DNA of 64,000 nucleotides. Source: Callorhinchus milii. Taxonomy: Eukaryota. Position numbers and translations under genes: made by a program. The DNA lies in NCBI RefSeq assembly GCF_018977255.1, contig NW_024704742.1, positions 24,368,001-24,432,000 on the forward strand, read 5' to 3'. Shown piece by piece: positions 51,533-63,960 of the stretch. The stretch's first letter is position 1; each line of letters opens with the position of its first letter. The notes under the pieces were generated by a model that saw only the letters and a program-made list of their open reading frames with translations, ran no database searches and had not been told where the DNA came from.

Positions 51533-53573
51533 TTGCTGAGCTGTGTCACTAGTTGGCCCTAGTGCTACGGTGGATATCCCATAACATGTTGTCATGTTCA
51601 TGAGATTTAAACATGTTCTTCATAACGATGACCAACTTCTGGAGCTCAGCCTTCGGTGAGTCGGTGTGATGTGCTTCCTATGGCTGGCAGATGTCACTAC
51701 AGTATTTCCAACTTGGAATGAGTGGTCCCTTTGCAGGCCCTGTTACAAATATATCAGTGTCGCCCCCACGATCATTACTCACCAGTTGAAGCCTGACCTG
51801 ACAAGGCTAAATTGCTCTAATACCCAAGTAACAATGCTAGTCTGAACAATGCTTGTCTGTTATTTCTCTTCGATCGTGCCTTTGGTCACTCTCCCACCTC
51901 TCTGCCTTGCTTCACCCCTACACCACCCCTCTCCCATGCTCGGGCCCCGATACCTGACTGTTCAGCACTTTGGGACATCCTCCCGACATGAAAGGCGGTC
52001 TGTAAAATATAATTTTGTTGTTGTTGTTGAATAGAGCTGCACAACAACAATTTGCATTTATATAGCACTCTTCACTCCTGACAGCATCTCGGGGCACTTC
52101 ACCCCTTGATTCCAACCCCAGCTCAGGTGGAAACCCATCACTTGACCAGCGCCTTGGGACATCCTCTTGACATGAAAGGCGCTGTATGAGTGCAATTTAT
52201 AGAACTGTCAGTGTCCCTCTTATTTCCCGACTCTAATTGAGCTTATGCACACTTACAACATTCTCTCTCCTTCTCCCCCACCCCAAACCCCAGCCCCCCT
52301 TTTGCCAGTCCATCCATTCTAAAAGTCACTGTGCCCTGTGGAATATTTGTTCACCTCAGTCCACGCCTAGTCAGTCCAACCCCCAACTCGGATGGAAACC
52401 CGTCACTATCCAGTGCCTTGGGACATCCTCTTCACATAAAAAGCTGTATAACTGCAAGTTGTTGTTGTTGGATTAGCAACAGAGCAAGACATATAAGGGG
52501 GATAAAGGACAGAAAATAGAAAAACAGAGGGGAAGATCCCAGGATAAGTGTAGGAAATGGTGGGGGGAGAAGCAGAAAAATAAAAAAAGACAAATAAGAA
52601 AAGAAATAACGGACAGAAAAATAAAAATTAGAGGGAGGCAGGAAAGGGAAAATCATTCAAAAGGTGCAGGCCACGTGGCTTAACACTTCATTGAATTATC
52701 TACTCTGTAACTCAAGGTAGCAGTTAGACATGAGGAATTGAGAAACGGTATGATGAGCAAATGAAATGGATTAATTATTCTAATTACACGCGCTGGACCC
52801 ATTTTCAGTGGATATTGACTGAATGCGGCCAGGTTTATGAGACAAATGAGTGTCTTTCCTGTGACTTGAGCTTTGTTGCCATTTTCGGCCCTTCGCTGCT
52901 TGCCCAGTACAGCAGTACAGTACCTTGGTACTGATTTGCGGAGGTTTCTGTTGCTGGAGGAGCACATTAGAATAATTTCACCAAGGAAATAATTCAATGC
53001 CCTAATTTATCCCACTCAGTCACATAAGGATGGGAGTCGATCAGAATAATATGGCGTTAAAGTAGGTTAGCAGCGGTCAATGGGAAACTGTCTATAAAAT
53101 CTCTTTACATGGGGCCATCTGAAAGCCATTGAGGCAAATCTCTCTCCATCACTAGCTGCAGTTTACAAGCTCTTAACAGTCTGTACCACCTAACCCACTT
53201 CGGGGCTCTTTGAACAACAACAAATTACATTTGTATAACGCCTTTCACGTGGGGTGGGGAAGTCTTGAAAAAGCAAGATGTTAAAAATGTTAATCCTAAA
53301 AAGCAAATTGCTGCAATAATCAATAATTTTGGATGACTGACTGCTTATTCCCCATGAGAGCCAGTGTGCTTTTTGTCTCTCTGGATGCAACATCCCCTTC
53401 CCCAACGTCTCCCCACTGGTATCATAACGATGGAAGGGAGCCTATGTTTCACTCAGTCAAACTGCCTCCCATCTTCACCCTCACCCTGTAAGACCAGATC
53501 CGATTTCCAGCAAAACCAACAACCCACATAGTCAGCCCCGAGAGTAGCAAACACATCCCTCCTCCAATATATA

Positions 53574-53900
53574 GTGGAGTCCTGTAGGTCAGTGTTTAGA
53601 GCACTCGCTTTGCAAGCGAGAGACCCGAGTTCAATTCCAGGCAGAGGGCGAAACCTTGGGCAACTTTCCTTACTCCACCCAGAGCCTAATAATAATCCCT
53701 CCAAAGCCAAAAACAATAATAAATTGGTCATTTTCAATCTAAGACTGTTTGTGGGACATTGCTGTGCGCAATTGGCTGCCGCGTTCGCCCACAAATATAC
53801 AGTCAATTCATTTTACAGTATATTCTGTGAAGCGCTTTGGGACGTCCTCCCGACATGAAAAGCGCTATATCAAATGTAAGGATTATTGTTATTATTATTA
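53574..53900 (+). mobile_element. Young SINE, full length
   Basis: Complete head, body and tail. Confidence 0.95.
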
Positions 53901-54299
53901 TATGTGTTGCTAATTCCCTGGTGCAGTAAATGGAGGAGAGCCACTGCTAACATGTACCAAAGGGAGAGACACAGACAGACACACACACACCACACACAGT
54001 GCATCTCAGTTCCAGTGATGTAAAGTGTTGTCTTAACACTCGTCCTGTTCGCTGTGGCTCAAATGGATGGTTTAAGGGGCCACTGGGGAAAGAAAGCTCT
54101 GGCAAATGGCTATTTTGACTTCCCCAGTTTGTACGTCGACCCTGATCAGGAAATAATCCTAATCCATGTTAATACCACTCTCTCCCTCCCTCCCCCTCTC
54201 TCTGCCTGGCTTGTGCTTTATGCGTCTTGTGAACTGAGCCGACGTTGTTATTAATGCATTGCCCCCCTGTATTGCTTGTTTCGCTAACACCAGAAAAAA

Positions 54300-55061
54300 A
54301 AGAAGGCTGTGAGACTTAGAAAATGTCAAGTCCCTGAGGGGACGGGGGTGGGGTGCAGCTCCTGCTTTAACCTCACAGCACAGCTGAGTGAGCAGAGTGA
54401 GTGAGTGTTTGCTGTGAAGCAGCTGCAGAGAGAGACAGACAGACATAGAGAGAGACAGACTCTGTGCCCCTGATTTGCTTTCAGCCTTGCACAGTGAGTG
54501 AGTGAGAGAGAGAGAGTGAGTGTTTGCTGTGAAGCGGTTGCAGAGAGAGACAGACAGAGACAGACTCCGTGCCTCTGACTTGCTTTCAGCCTTGCACAGT
54601 GAGTGAGTGAGAGAGAGTGAGAGAGAGAGAGTGAGTGAGTGCTCAGCGCCTCTCATTGGCTTTGGTGCTGGAGACCGACTGCCTGTCGGAGCCTTTAATC
54701 ACAGATTGGGCTGTGAAGAACAGGATGGTTGTCTGAACCAGTCGCTCAGTCAACCACACACTAAACCCTCGCCGATCGACTGTTACCGGGTCGAGGAGGA
54801 GGAGGAGGACTTGTGTTTGGTGTGTGTTTCCCCCCCACGCACACACACGTTTTGTTGCAGCACCAACTGACTTCAGACCCCTTTTTTTCGGGGGGGGGGA
54901 GGGGAGGAATTCTGCAGCGAGTAAGCCATTGATCCTCTTCCATCAAAACCAGGGCGGAATAAAAGAGCAGGGGCTCGAAATAGCACCACCTGCTTTGATT
55001 TGTGCCGCAGTCCACTCTCTATTCCCGAGTCTGTTTGACTGTCTGCCAGGAAAAGGTGAGG
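54300..55061 (+). promoter_or_regulatory. Candidate promoter / non-coding first exon
   Basis: Locally CpG-enriched unique sequence, GA/GT-rich leader, ATTGG and GGGCGG motifs, donors GA|GTAAGC (54921) and AAG|GTGAGG (55056). Confidence 0.45.
54401..54617. repeat. Two-copy tandem duplication, period about 115 bp
   Basis: gtgagtgtttgctgtgaagc...gctttcagccttgcacagtgagtgagtga starts at 54401 and 54516. Confidence 0.9.
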
Positions 55062-55233
55062 AAATGTTTTGCTACTCCTCTCAAACCCCGGGGGCTAAGG
55101 GTTTTGGCATTTGCTTCTATACATGTCTTGGTAGAGTGATGCACACTGTACATATAGATACATAGTTACTTATAAATACATGCATAGACATCAGTAATAA
55201 TTAGCATTAGCATTCGGAATATACAAATATATA

Positions 55234-55554
55234 TAATAATAATAATAATCCTTGCATTTGATATAGCGCTTTTCACGTCGGGAGGACGTCCCAAAGCGCT
55301 TCACAGAACACACTGTAAAGTGAATTGACTGTATATTTGTGGGCGAACGCGGCAGCCAATTGCGCACAGCAATGTCCCACACACAGTCTTAGATTGAAAA
55401 TGACCAATTTATTATTGTTTTTGGTTTTGGAGGGATTATTATTAGGTGTGTGGAGTAAGGAAACTTGCCCAAGGTTTTGCCCTCTGCCTGGAATTGAACT
55501 CGGGTCTCTCGCTTGCAAAGCGAGCGCTCTAACCACTGAGCTACAGGACTCCAC
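55234..55554 (-). mobile_element. Young SINE, full length
   Basis: Complete reverse-complement copy. Confidence 0.95.
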
Positions 55555-55799
55555 TTTGGTATATATGTATAGATACATGCAGACCTACTGATAATCAGCA
55601 CTATGAATATACAGATACTTGCATACAAACCATACTAATAAGTGCTCTGAGATGTTGCCCTGCATGAAGGGCGCTATATAAAGGCAAGTTGTGGCTGTTG
55701 CTGCTCCTACTGCTGTTGTAAATTCAAACCAACTGTTGACTATCCTTCTTGGGGGAGGTAAGTGGCATCTCCTTGGAGCTGAGCTGCCGCTAACGGAAT

Positions 55800-56287
55800 G
55801 GCGGAATTGAATCAATCCTCCGAGGCGGTCTCGGGAGTCCAGCCCTTGAGCCAAGCTGGTCCACACTACTCCAGGAGACCACTGGTAGCAGACCAGCTCA
55901 ATGGCAGGACTTGGGAGTGTTAGGCTGGGAGAAGGAATTCTTCCCACTTGGCTCCTGTAGGCTAAAGCCCCAACAGTCCAAGCTGGTCAAGCAGTGGGTG
56001 GTTTGGCAGACAATGCTCTCAAAGGCAAGCTATGCCGTTTTAACTGGTTAGACTCCCAGCTGTACTGCCAATACACACTCTGGGATCCCCGAGTCTTGGC
56101 TCTCGCCAACTTGCGCCTGATAAACTTTGGAATTAGGTAAACAGGTTGTGTGCCTCCAGGGAGAGGATGTGCATTCCATTCCAAAAACAAGGACATTTCC
56201 ATAGGTAGGTGGCATACATATGTGGAACTCTGTCTGGTTCGGATACTCTTAAGGAAGGTGATGGATTTGGCACTCAGCTGACCAAAA
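55800..56287 (+). mobile_element. Unclassified repeat, copy 5 (longest)
   Basis: Shared motifs gcagacaatg...ggcaagctatg, gaattaggtaa, ggatactcttaag; ends cactcagctgaccaaaa. 5' boundary approximate. Confidence 0.7.
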
Positions 56288-56829
56288 TCAAAATGGATAC
56301 AAATGGATACAAGTTGTATAAAAAATACATATTCACGACACACATGAACAGTTATATGTCCATATCTCTATAAATGTTCATGAATAACATGCATGTATAG
56401 AGTATATGTTCACACAATTCCCTGGATTGAGAGATGACCCTGTTGCCATTCTTGAAGGTGGATGACACAATATGTGTGTCATTCACAGAGGCAACTTATT
56501 TTTGACTTACTTCAGCTAATTTTAGGCTATGATGAATGGAGAGTGGAATTTTTCCTGTTTATTTTGATTTGTTTGTGTGCGGGTGGGGGATGGGGGTTAT
56601 TAATCACTCGGCTAACAATGCCATTTTTTGGAGGGAGAAGAGAAGCAAATACCAAAAATCTTCCTTGAACTTATGTCTGTTTTAATAGTAAACATCTGTA
56701 TTTGCTCATTTACTGAGCAATGCATTGAAGGAGTGACGGTCAAACTAGGATCATGTGGTTAGCTGGCATCTCTGTGTTATAATTATTTTTGCAACAGACA
56801 AGGCCTCGCCCCCTCTCTTGCCTCTTTCA

Positions 56830-57191
56830 AGACCCGTCTCAGGACTTGGAGTTGCAGACCATTTACTTGGGGCAGGGATTCTTCCCATTCAGCTCCTGCA
56901 AGCCATGGCCTTAATGGGTAGCACGGTCCAAGGTAGACAAGAGGTGGGAACGCTTGCAGACAATGATTTCAATGGCAAGCTATGACAATTTAGCTGGTTA
57001 GAATCTAACAGTACCTCAACGCACACTCTGGGTTCTGCCTAATATTCTCCGTAATTAGGTAAGCAGGTAAGTAATTAAGTAAGCGAGAGAATGTTCATTC
57101 CTTTCCAATACACAAGAATTCCATGGAACTTGTTTGGTTTTGATACTTAAGCATGAGAATGGTGTCCGCATGTGTCAGATACCTGGCAGAC
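56830..57191 (+). mobile_element. Unclassified repeat, copy 6
   Basis: Colinear with copy 5; ends gtcagatacctggcagac. Confidence 0.7.
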
Positions 57192-58174
57192 CCCCCTCCC
57201 CTGTATTTCTTGAATAGTTTCCTGTTTGTTTGTGTGTGTGACCACAAAGTAAACATTACAATACAAAAAGTTGAGACAAGGGAAATTGTTTATAAGCTTT
57301 TCTGAAATAGTAAATAAATAGAAAATGTTGTATTCGCTATTTCCAGTTGAGGCAAGTCTGCACCAAGCCACTTCCGCAGTGGGCTCTATGCATTGAAAAT
57401 ACTAGCCTGTTGTTCAGCACATGTTCATGGGAAATATGTGTTTGTTTGTTCTAGTTCATGTGCCATGTTGTCATGTTCTAATTAAAACATCTAACTCACC
57501 TCTTTGTGAGTGACAAATACTGTACTTTCATTCTTTTTTGCTTACTTTCTTACATGCTCTCTCTCGCTCTCACTTGCTCTCTTGTGCTTTCTCTCTTTCT
57601 CATTTTCTTGCAGATCAGAAGCGTTTTAAATTCCTCTCTTGGTATCTATATTTTGGTAATGTTTCCTATACACACGTACACCCATGGATGTTAACACAGG
57701 TACTCTTTTAGATGTTAATATTTTACTTTACATCAATAACGGCTTGAAAATAAAAACTTTGTTGAAGGTCACAAGAATAATTATATTTTTAAATTTCTAT
57801 AGCTTTTGCTCTTTCCCTTCCCTACTGACATTATGCTGTTGGCTCGACTCTTGTGAGGTTGGAAATTGAGGCAGATTGTACTTTGTTGCAGCAGCTGTGA
57901 CCCAATTATCTAGAGAAATACTCTACTTTCAGCAGATACGAAAAAGAGAGATTTGATTTCTTCAGTTTCCTGCATGTTTCTGGAAAGTAAATAAGTTTTT
58001 TGGCTTTTATTCAGTTGGAATCTGGTTTGTAACACATTCATATGTTCCTATGGTGGATGCCAATTTCAATGGTGTGGTGCAATGCAATAACGCCCTCCTA
58101 ACCCAGAGTCATCTCAAATGGCAATGTGAATATCCACTACTGTATTATCAGAACAACTGAAGCACTTCTCCTTT

Positions 58175-58345
58175 TTGTTAGCTCTTAAAAGCCTCTCCCT
58201 CCCAACGTGCCCTAGTTCTGACGAAGGGTCGTGGACCCAAAACGTTGACTCATTTTCCTTTCTCCATAGATGCTGCCTGACCTGCTGAGTGTTCCCAGCA
58301 ACTTCTGCTTTTGTTTTCAGATTACCAGCATCTGCAGTATTTAGA
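58175..58345 (+). mobile_element. Penelope-like terminal fragment with minimal hammerhead motif
   Basis: agttCTGACGAagggtcgtggacccAAAAcgttgact followed by gatgctgcctgacctgctgag. Confidence 0.7.
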
Positions 58346-59859
58346 GGTTTTTTTTTTCCCGAAGCACTTCAATCTTGCTTTTTGTGCATAGAGCACTGAA
58401 CGCTGGAACGGCTGGACATTGTGGTCTTGTAGGTGTAGGAATGTGGCTGAAATGTAGATCACATAAATGAAAGAAGCAGTTGAAACATCATTAGTGCTGT
58501 TCTGATTAAATTAGCAAATGACTTCCAGATGAAGCAATTGGCTGATTATGGGGGTGGTTGGTAATTTCTCTGCTTACTGTGCACAGTACAAGCTGTGATC
58601 ATTCGCCACTGCAAAAGCTAAGGAACCATATTTCACTGTACTAAATTAGTTTGCCAATAACCGTCAGTGTTCCACATAGCCTATCATATTCGTATTAGAT
58701 TATTTAAAATAATTAATGTTTCTACAAAGGAGACAAAAATATCCTACCAATGTTTTTTTATATATATATATACTATCTGTATCCGTTACAGCTTCGCTTG
58801 CAACCAAAGGATCCAATATGGAATGTAGATTGACACACAGACAGACATTTCATCTTTATACTCCAGTTGGAGGACTCCAGTGGGAGGACTCCAGTGGGAG
58901 GACTCAGCGCTTTAAAAATGTAATTTTATTGTTGTTGCCGCGGCTTAGCTTCGTCTGGTTCTTTATTTTGTTCCCGCCGCTTGGCTACTTGTGCGCTCTG
59001 ACACAAGTTGCCACAACACCACTGTCAGGAACTATGGCCACCAGATGTAACTGCAGTGTGTGCCTATGTACGTAGGTGCTCTATAACCCATGATGCCCCA
59101 GCGCCACTTTGACTCGGGGCCAACCAAGTCTAATTGCAGCGAAAAACTAAAATTAACTCCTGAACTGTTGGAGAGACCCAAAAACAAATATGCCCATGGC
59201 ACACTCAAGTGCAAGACCTTTCTGATGAGGTATAATTCATGTCTCTACGTCAATCGGTTATTGAGATCCTTCTTGAAGAGCAGACAGACATTGTCGTTTT
59301 ATTAGTATAGAAGAAGAAAAAGAAGATATATATATATGTGTGTGTATATATATGGATGCACTGGTGTAATTCAAACCTGGGTATGTTTATTGCATTTGTG
59401 AATTTAGTGCTTTTATTTTTACAAGCATGACAGAATTAGATGAATACAGTGCCATTTGGCAAAGATTAGGTTGTTGAAGACGGTTATCTTTCAACAAATA
59501 AATGTAAAACAACTAATTTGGGCTAACTGGCTCTTCTATAATCGGATTTTAAAATAAAAATAATTGATTCCACGTTTGAAGTTTGGAACATTTTTATGAG
59601 CCCAGATTCTCCCCTCCCCCATTCTTGACTTAACTTGAGATTTACAACCCTTGTAAAGCTTCAGGTTTTAATACAATAAAATAAAGCTATCTTTGAGAGA
59701 TGCATGAAATGCGTGAAGGGTCGACAATAGCATTCACTTATTATATTCCTTTCATATAGGATAAAGTCTTAAAGTGCTTTACAAAGACTGAGAAACATAG
59801 CCAGGAAGGGTAGAAGGAAAAGGGCTTTGATGAATTGGCCAAAGGCATAAAAATAATCA

Positions 59860-60450
59860 GAATCCTTGCATTTGATGTACGACCTTATCACATAATTGAA
59901 ATGTCTCAAAGAGCTTCAATATATCGTAAAGTGAATTGACTGTAAATTTTGTGGGCAAATTGCAGCAGCCAATTGCGCACGGCAGTGTCCCAACAAACAG
60001 TAGTGGATTATTTTTCAGAGCATGGTCAAAGAGAGAGATTTTAACATGGTTTAGAAGGCAAAAGAATTTTGGAAAACTGCCCCAGAGAGTGGAGGCATTG
60101 TGACTGAAAGCTTGGCCACCGATGTTATGGAGAGGAGTGAGAAACAAGCAATAGACTAGGTTAGAGGAATGGAGGAGCTGGGCGGAGAATGGGGCCCGAA
60201 GAGATTACAGAAGTAGGTGGTGCAAGAGCGTGAAGAACATTTGAAGGTCAGGATGAGGATGTGTTGTGGGACTGTTAGGGGTAATGGGCTTGGGGAGCTG
60301 CAGTGTGGGAGGATGTGCTGGTCACAATTGGCTGCTGCATTTCGCTTGCAAAATATACTGTCAATTCACTTTACAATATATTCTGTGAAGCACTTTGAGA
60401 CGTGTTGAAGACATGATAAAGTGCTATATCAAATGCAAGGATTCTTATTG
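59860..60450. mobile_element. Cluster of SINE tail (-), old L2 fragment (-) and SINE tail (+)
   Basis: aatccttgcatttga / tcaaatgcaaggatt tails; IGGQAFSHNASTLWGSFP on the minus strand. Confidence 0.75.
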
Positions 60451-61297
60451 TATGGGTTGCAGAATTGCCTATGAGCTAGAACTTATGAATGGTGTATCTG
60501 GGCATACCAGCAAAGAGAGCTTGAAACGGATTCTATAGGTAAGTTACAGGCCAACCCCGTAGTAATGTTCCGTATGATAGCACAGTTCCCCTCACAGAGC
60601 AGGACCTAGTGTTATCAGATATCCAGTACATTTCTGCCACTGACCAGCTTCCTGCACAAACAGAGTAGACACAGAAGGTCTTCCGGTTGGTATCTGATAT
60701 TGTCCTAGTAACTCCTGGAAATGCTTGCGAGATCAGTTGCCAGCTTCCTAAAAATGTTTTACCAGCTAAGTTGTCTTATGTCCGCTTTCAGTTTGGGAGC
60801 AATGCGGAGTTTACAGGTTTATTGCAACATGGCTCATTATATACAATTAGCAGAGTCTCTGCTTTAGTCTGAAGACCCGATTTACTCAAGAACACATTCA
60901 TTTCTCCCCCCCTCCCCCACCACACACACACCATTTGATTTTTCACTTGCAAGCTGAGCTATACTAATATATGCGGCATCTTACTCTGAGATGGAAGCAC
61001 AAAGGAAGCCCTGATTAAAGGAGCTTCAGTGTTTCAGTTGTTTGTGTGGCACTGCCTGGTACCCTCTGTCGTTGTCGTTTCAGTGCTCGACTACAGAAGG
61101 TACTAATTTACTGAAAATAAAACCCCCAACATTTAAAAGAATTTCAGGCAAGAGGTTCAATCCAGAATTTAAGGGGCTGCTTTCGATGACTCATTTGTGC
61201 TCTGGAGACAGGATGCAAACAAAAATTCACCTTTTCTTTAACCTTTTGACTGTAATCAGAGGTATAGACATCGTGGGTCCTATTATTTTGATCTGTG

Positions 61298-61838
61298 TAA
61301 TAATAATAAATAATAATCCTTGCATTTGATATAGTGCTTTTCACGTCTTCTCGACGTCTCAAAGCGCTTCACAGAATATGCTGTAAAGTGAATTATAATA
61401 ATAATAATAATAATCCTTGCATTTGATATAGCGCTTTTCACGTCGGGAGGACGTCCCAAAGCGCTTCACAGAACACACTGTCAAGTGAATTGACTGTATA
61501 TTTGTGGGCGAACGCGGCAGCCAATTGCGCACAGCAATGTCCCACAAACAGTCGTAGATTGAAAATGACCAATTTATTATTGTTTTTGGTTTTGGAGGGA
61601 TTATTATTAGACTCTGTATTGACTGTATGTGGGTGAAACTCGGCTGCCGATTGCGCACAGCAGTGTCCCATAAACAGTCGTGGATTGAAAATGACCAATT
61701 TATTATTGTTTTGTCTGGAGGGATTATTATTAGGCGTATGGAGAAAGAAAACTTGCCCAAGGTTTCGCCCTGCCTGGAATTGAACCCAGGTGTCTCGCTT
61801 GCAAGGAGAGTGCTCTAACCACTGAGCTACAGGACTTC
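61298..61838 (-). mobile_element. Intermediate-age SINE hosting a nested young SINE
   Basis: Outer 3' part 61298-61394 and 5' part 61618-61838 are colinear. Confidence 0.92.
61395..61617 (-). mobile_element. Nested 5'-truncated young SINE
   Basis: Near-consensus sequence; ATT duplicated at 61392-61394 and 61618-61620. Confidence 0.92.
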
Positions 61839-63615
61839 AAAAAACTGTAAAAAATGCATGATGACCTGATGTAGGATGGGCTGATCTGGGACGGCATCTA
61901 ATGTGTCCTGTGACAGTCTGCAGATGTGCAGTTACAGCTGTCAAACAAATGTCCCACACAGAATAACACATTGCCATGCACTGTCAAAACAATGAGTGCC
62001 TGCCCACTGCTCTTGCTGTGCAGACTTAGGAGGTCCTTCGCAATACCGGGTGCACAGAGCGATTGTTCCTCCTGTCCTCTGGCTGTCCATCGACATTGCT
62101 TATCACATCAGAGACAAAGGACAAGGCTCGATTTTTAAATGAGTCTAATTTACTTTCCTTTTTTTTTGACAGACAAAAAAAATTATCAGAGATATTTGTT
62201 CACAGCCACAATCGACAATATTGGCATGCTCTGTGCGAACGCTGAAGTCAGATGTTGAAATATAAATCCCACTGACGTAAAATTACAAATAGAAGGAACA
62301 AAAGGGGCCACAGATAGATAGCTTTTACTGCATTTGATCCAACTGAAAAGGCAGTGATTTGATTCCTCAAGCATAAGAAGAAAGCAGACAGCCAGTCTGT
62401 AGTTTCTTTGTGAATGGTTAATGTGCTTTCAACCACAAAATGGCAAGCTGTAGTCCTCTCAGATTTGGCAGTCGTTTTTTTAAAAGTGGTATTTAAAACC
62501 AACTGGAGTCAATTAAACATCATTTTGATTTAAAGTTCGTCGGTGATATTTGAGATTTGTCTGTCTGTATTACCAGTATGGTCATTTTAGATACAAATAT
62601 GTTGCTTACCTGAAAGGGTATTATTTGTGGCCTGCAGCGCTTGTGTGTGCGGAATACAGCAAATGGAAGAAGGAGGAGTTTCGACACAGTGCTGTACCGT
62701 TGAGCTGTTCAGTGCTTTGTCCTCCTGTATCTGCACCATAAAAAGGTTTTATCAGTTTCATTGTTCGAACCTCATAAAGTGACACTTCTGTCAATGTTCT
62801 AGAAAGAGAAACTCTGAATGATCTGAATGATAGTGCAAAGGGAAAATGTACAATCGGTGAGAGCAAGACAAAAGCTTGAACCAGTGTTCTCCCATTAATG
62901 ACTACTGTTATAGATGCCCAGATAATTTACTTTGTGAAGAAACAGGGAACCTGCAATGTTTTTAAGGTTCACAAAACATTGGGAAGAATGTTAAATATAA
63001 TTTTCCTCTATTGAGAGTCTTGACCCTTTGACCTTCTGTACCTTTCACCTTTATTAATCCTTACCTCATTTGATCTGCGATTAAAAAGCAAGGGTGTGAT
63101 CACAAATGCAAGGATTTTTTCGCAGTTAAATGTGCACATCAATTTGCAATATGAAAAGGATTGGGGAAAAGAGCAGGGAATTGGGATGAGAGAAATTGAT
63201 GTGAATAGAGGAGGTAGTACCAGTTTAGGCTTGATGGGCTGAATTGTCTCCCTCTGTGTTTAATCCCTATGATTCTACATTTCATAACAGGTTCAACGAT
63301 GGAGTTTCACGACTGAACACTCCCACGATTTTGGCTTGATGTTTTGCCCAGTGTGGGAGCGTTTGAAAGTTGATCGATTGCCATCTCTGATTTAGGCCAA
63401 GGGAGAGCAAGACAAAGTGGCACTCGGACAACAGCAGCATTTAAATGCTGCGTCTATTGACGAACACTATTGGTCACAATGTTTTGATGCTCAAATGCAC
63501 TGTTCTCCACAATCGGGAGCAGGGAGATCTAAGAGACGTTTCAAAGCGATTCACAGAATATATCGTAAAATTAGGGTAGTGTTGCTAAACACATCCAAGC
63601 AATTATGCAGAAACT

Positions 63616-63847
63616 ATAATAATAATCCTTGCATTTGATCCAGCGCCTTATCACATCTTCGAGACGTCTCAAAGCGCTTCACAGTATTTACTGAAAAGTT
63701 AAATGACTGTATATTTTATGAGCGAAACATGGCAGCCAATTGTGTACAGCAGTGTCCCAGAAACTGTCATGGAATGAGTGACCAAATTATTATTATTTAC
63801 TTTAGTTTTTTTTGAAGGTATTATTACCCCCAGAAAAGTGATCCAGC

Positions 63848-63879
<32 letters not shown>

Positions 63880-63960
63880 TCAACCAACAACTGGATTCCT
63901 ACGTATTGCTAGGTAAACAGAGGCGTGTGGAGTAAGGAAACTTGCCTAATGTTTTACCCC
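63616..63960 (-). mobile_element. Long-form SINE lacking its tRNA head, with an internal (AAT)n tract
   Basis: Contains gctaggtaaacagaggcgtgtggagtaagg (the extra central segment). Confidence 0.88.

Noticed and set aside
3726..61760. Recurrent peptide family (MGKFPYST..., ESCSSVVRALALQ...)
   Set aside because: Incidental translation of SINE copies; frames vary with indels
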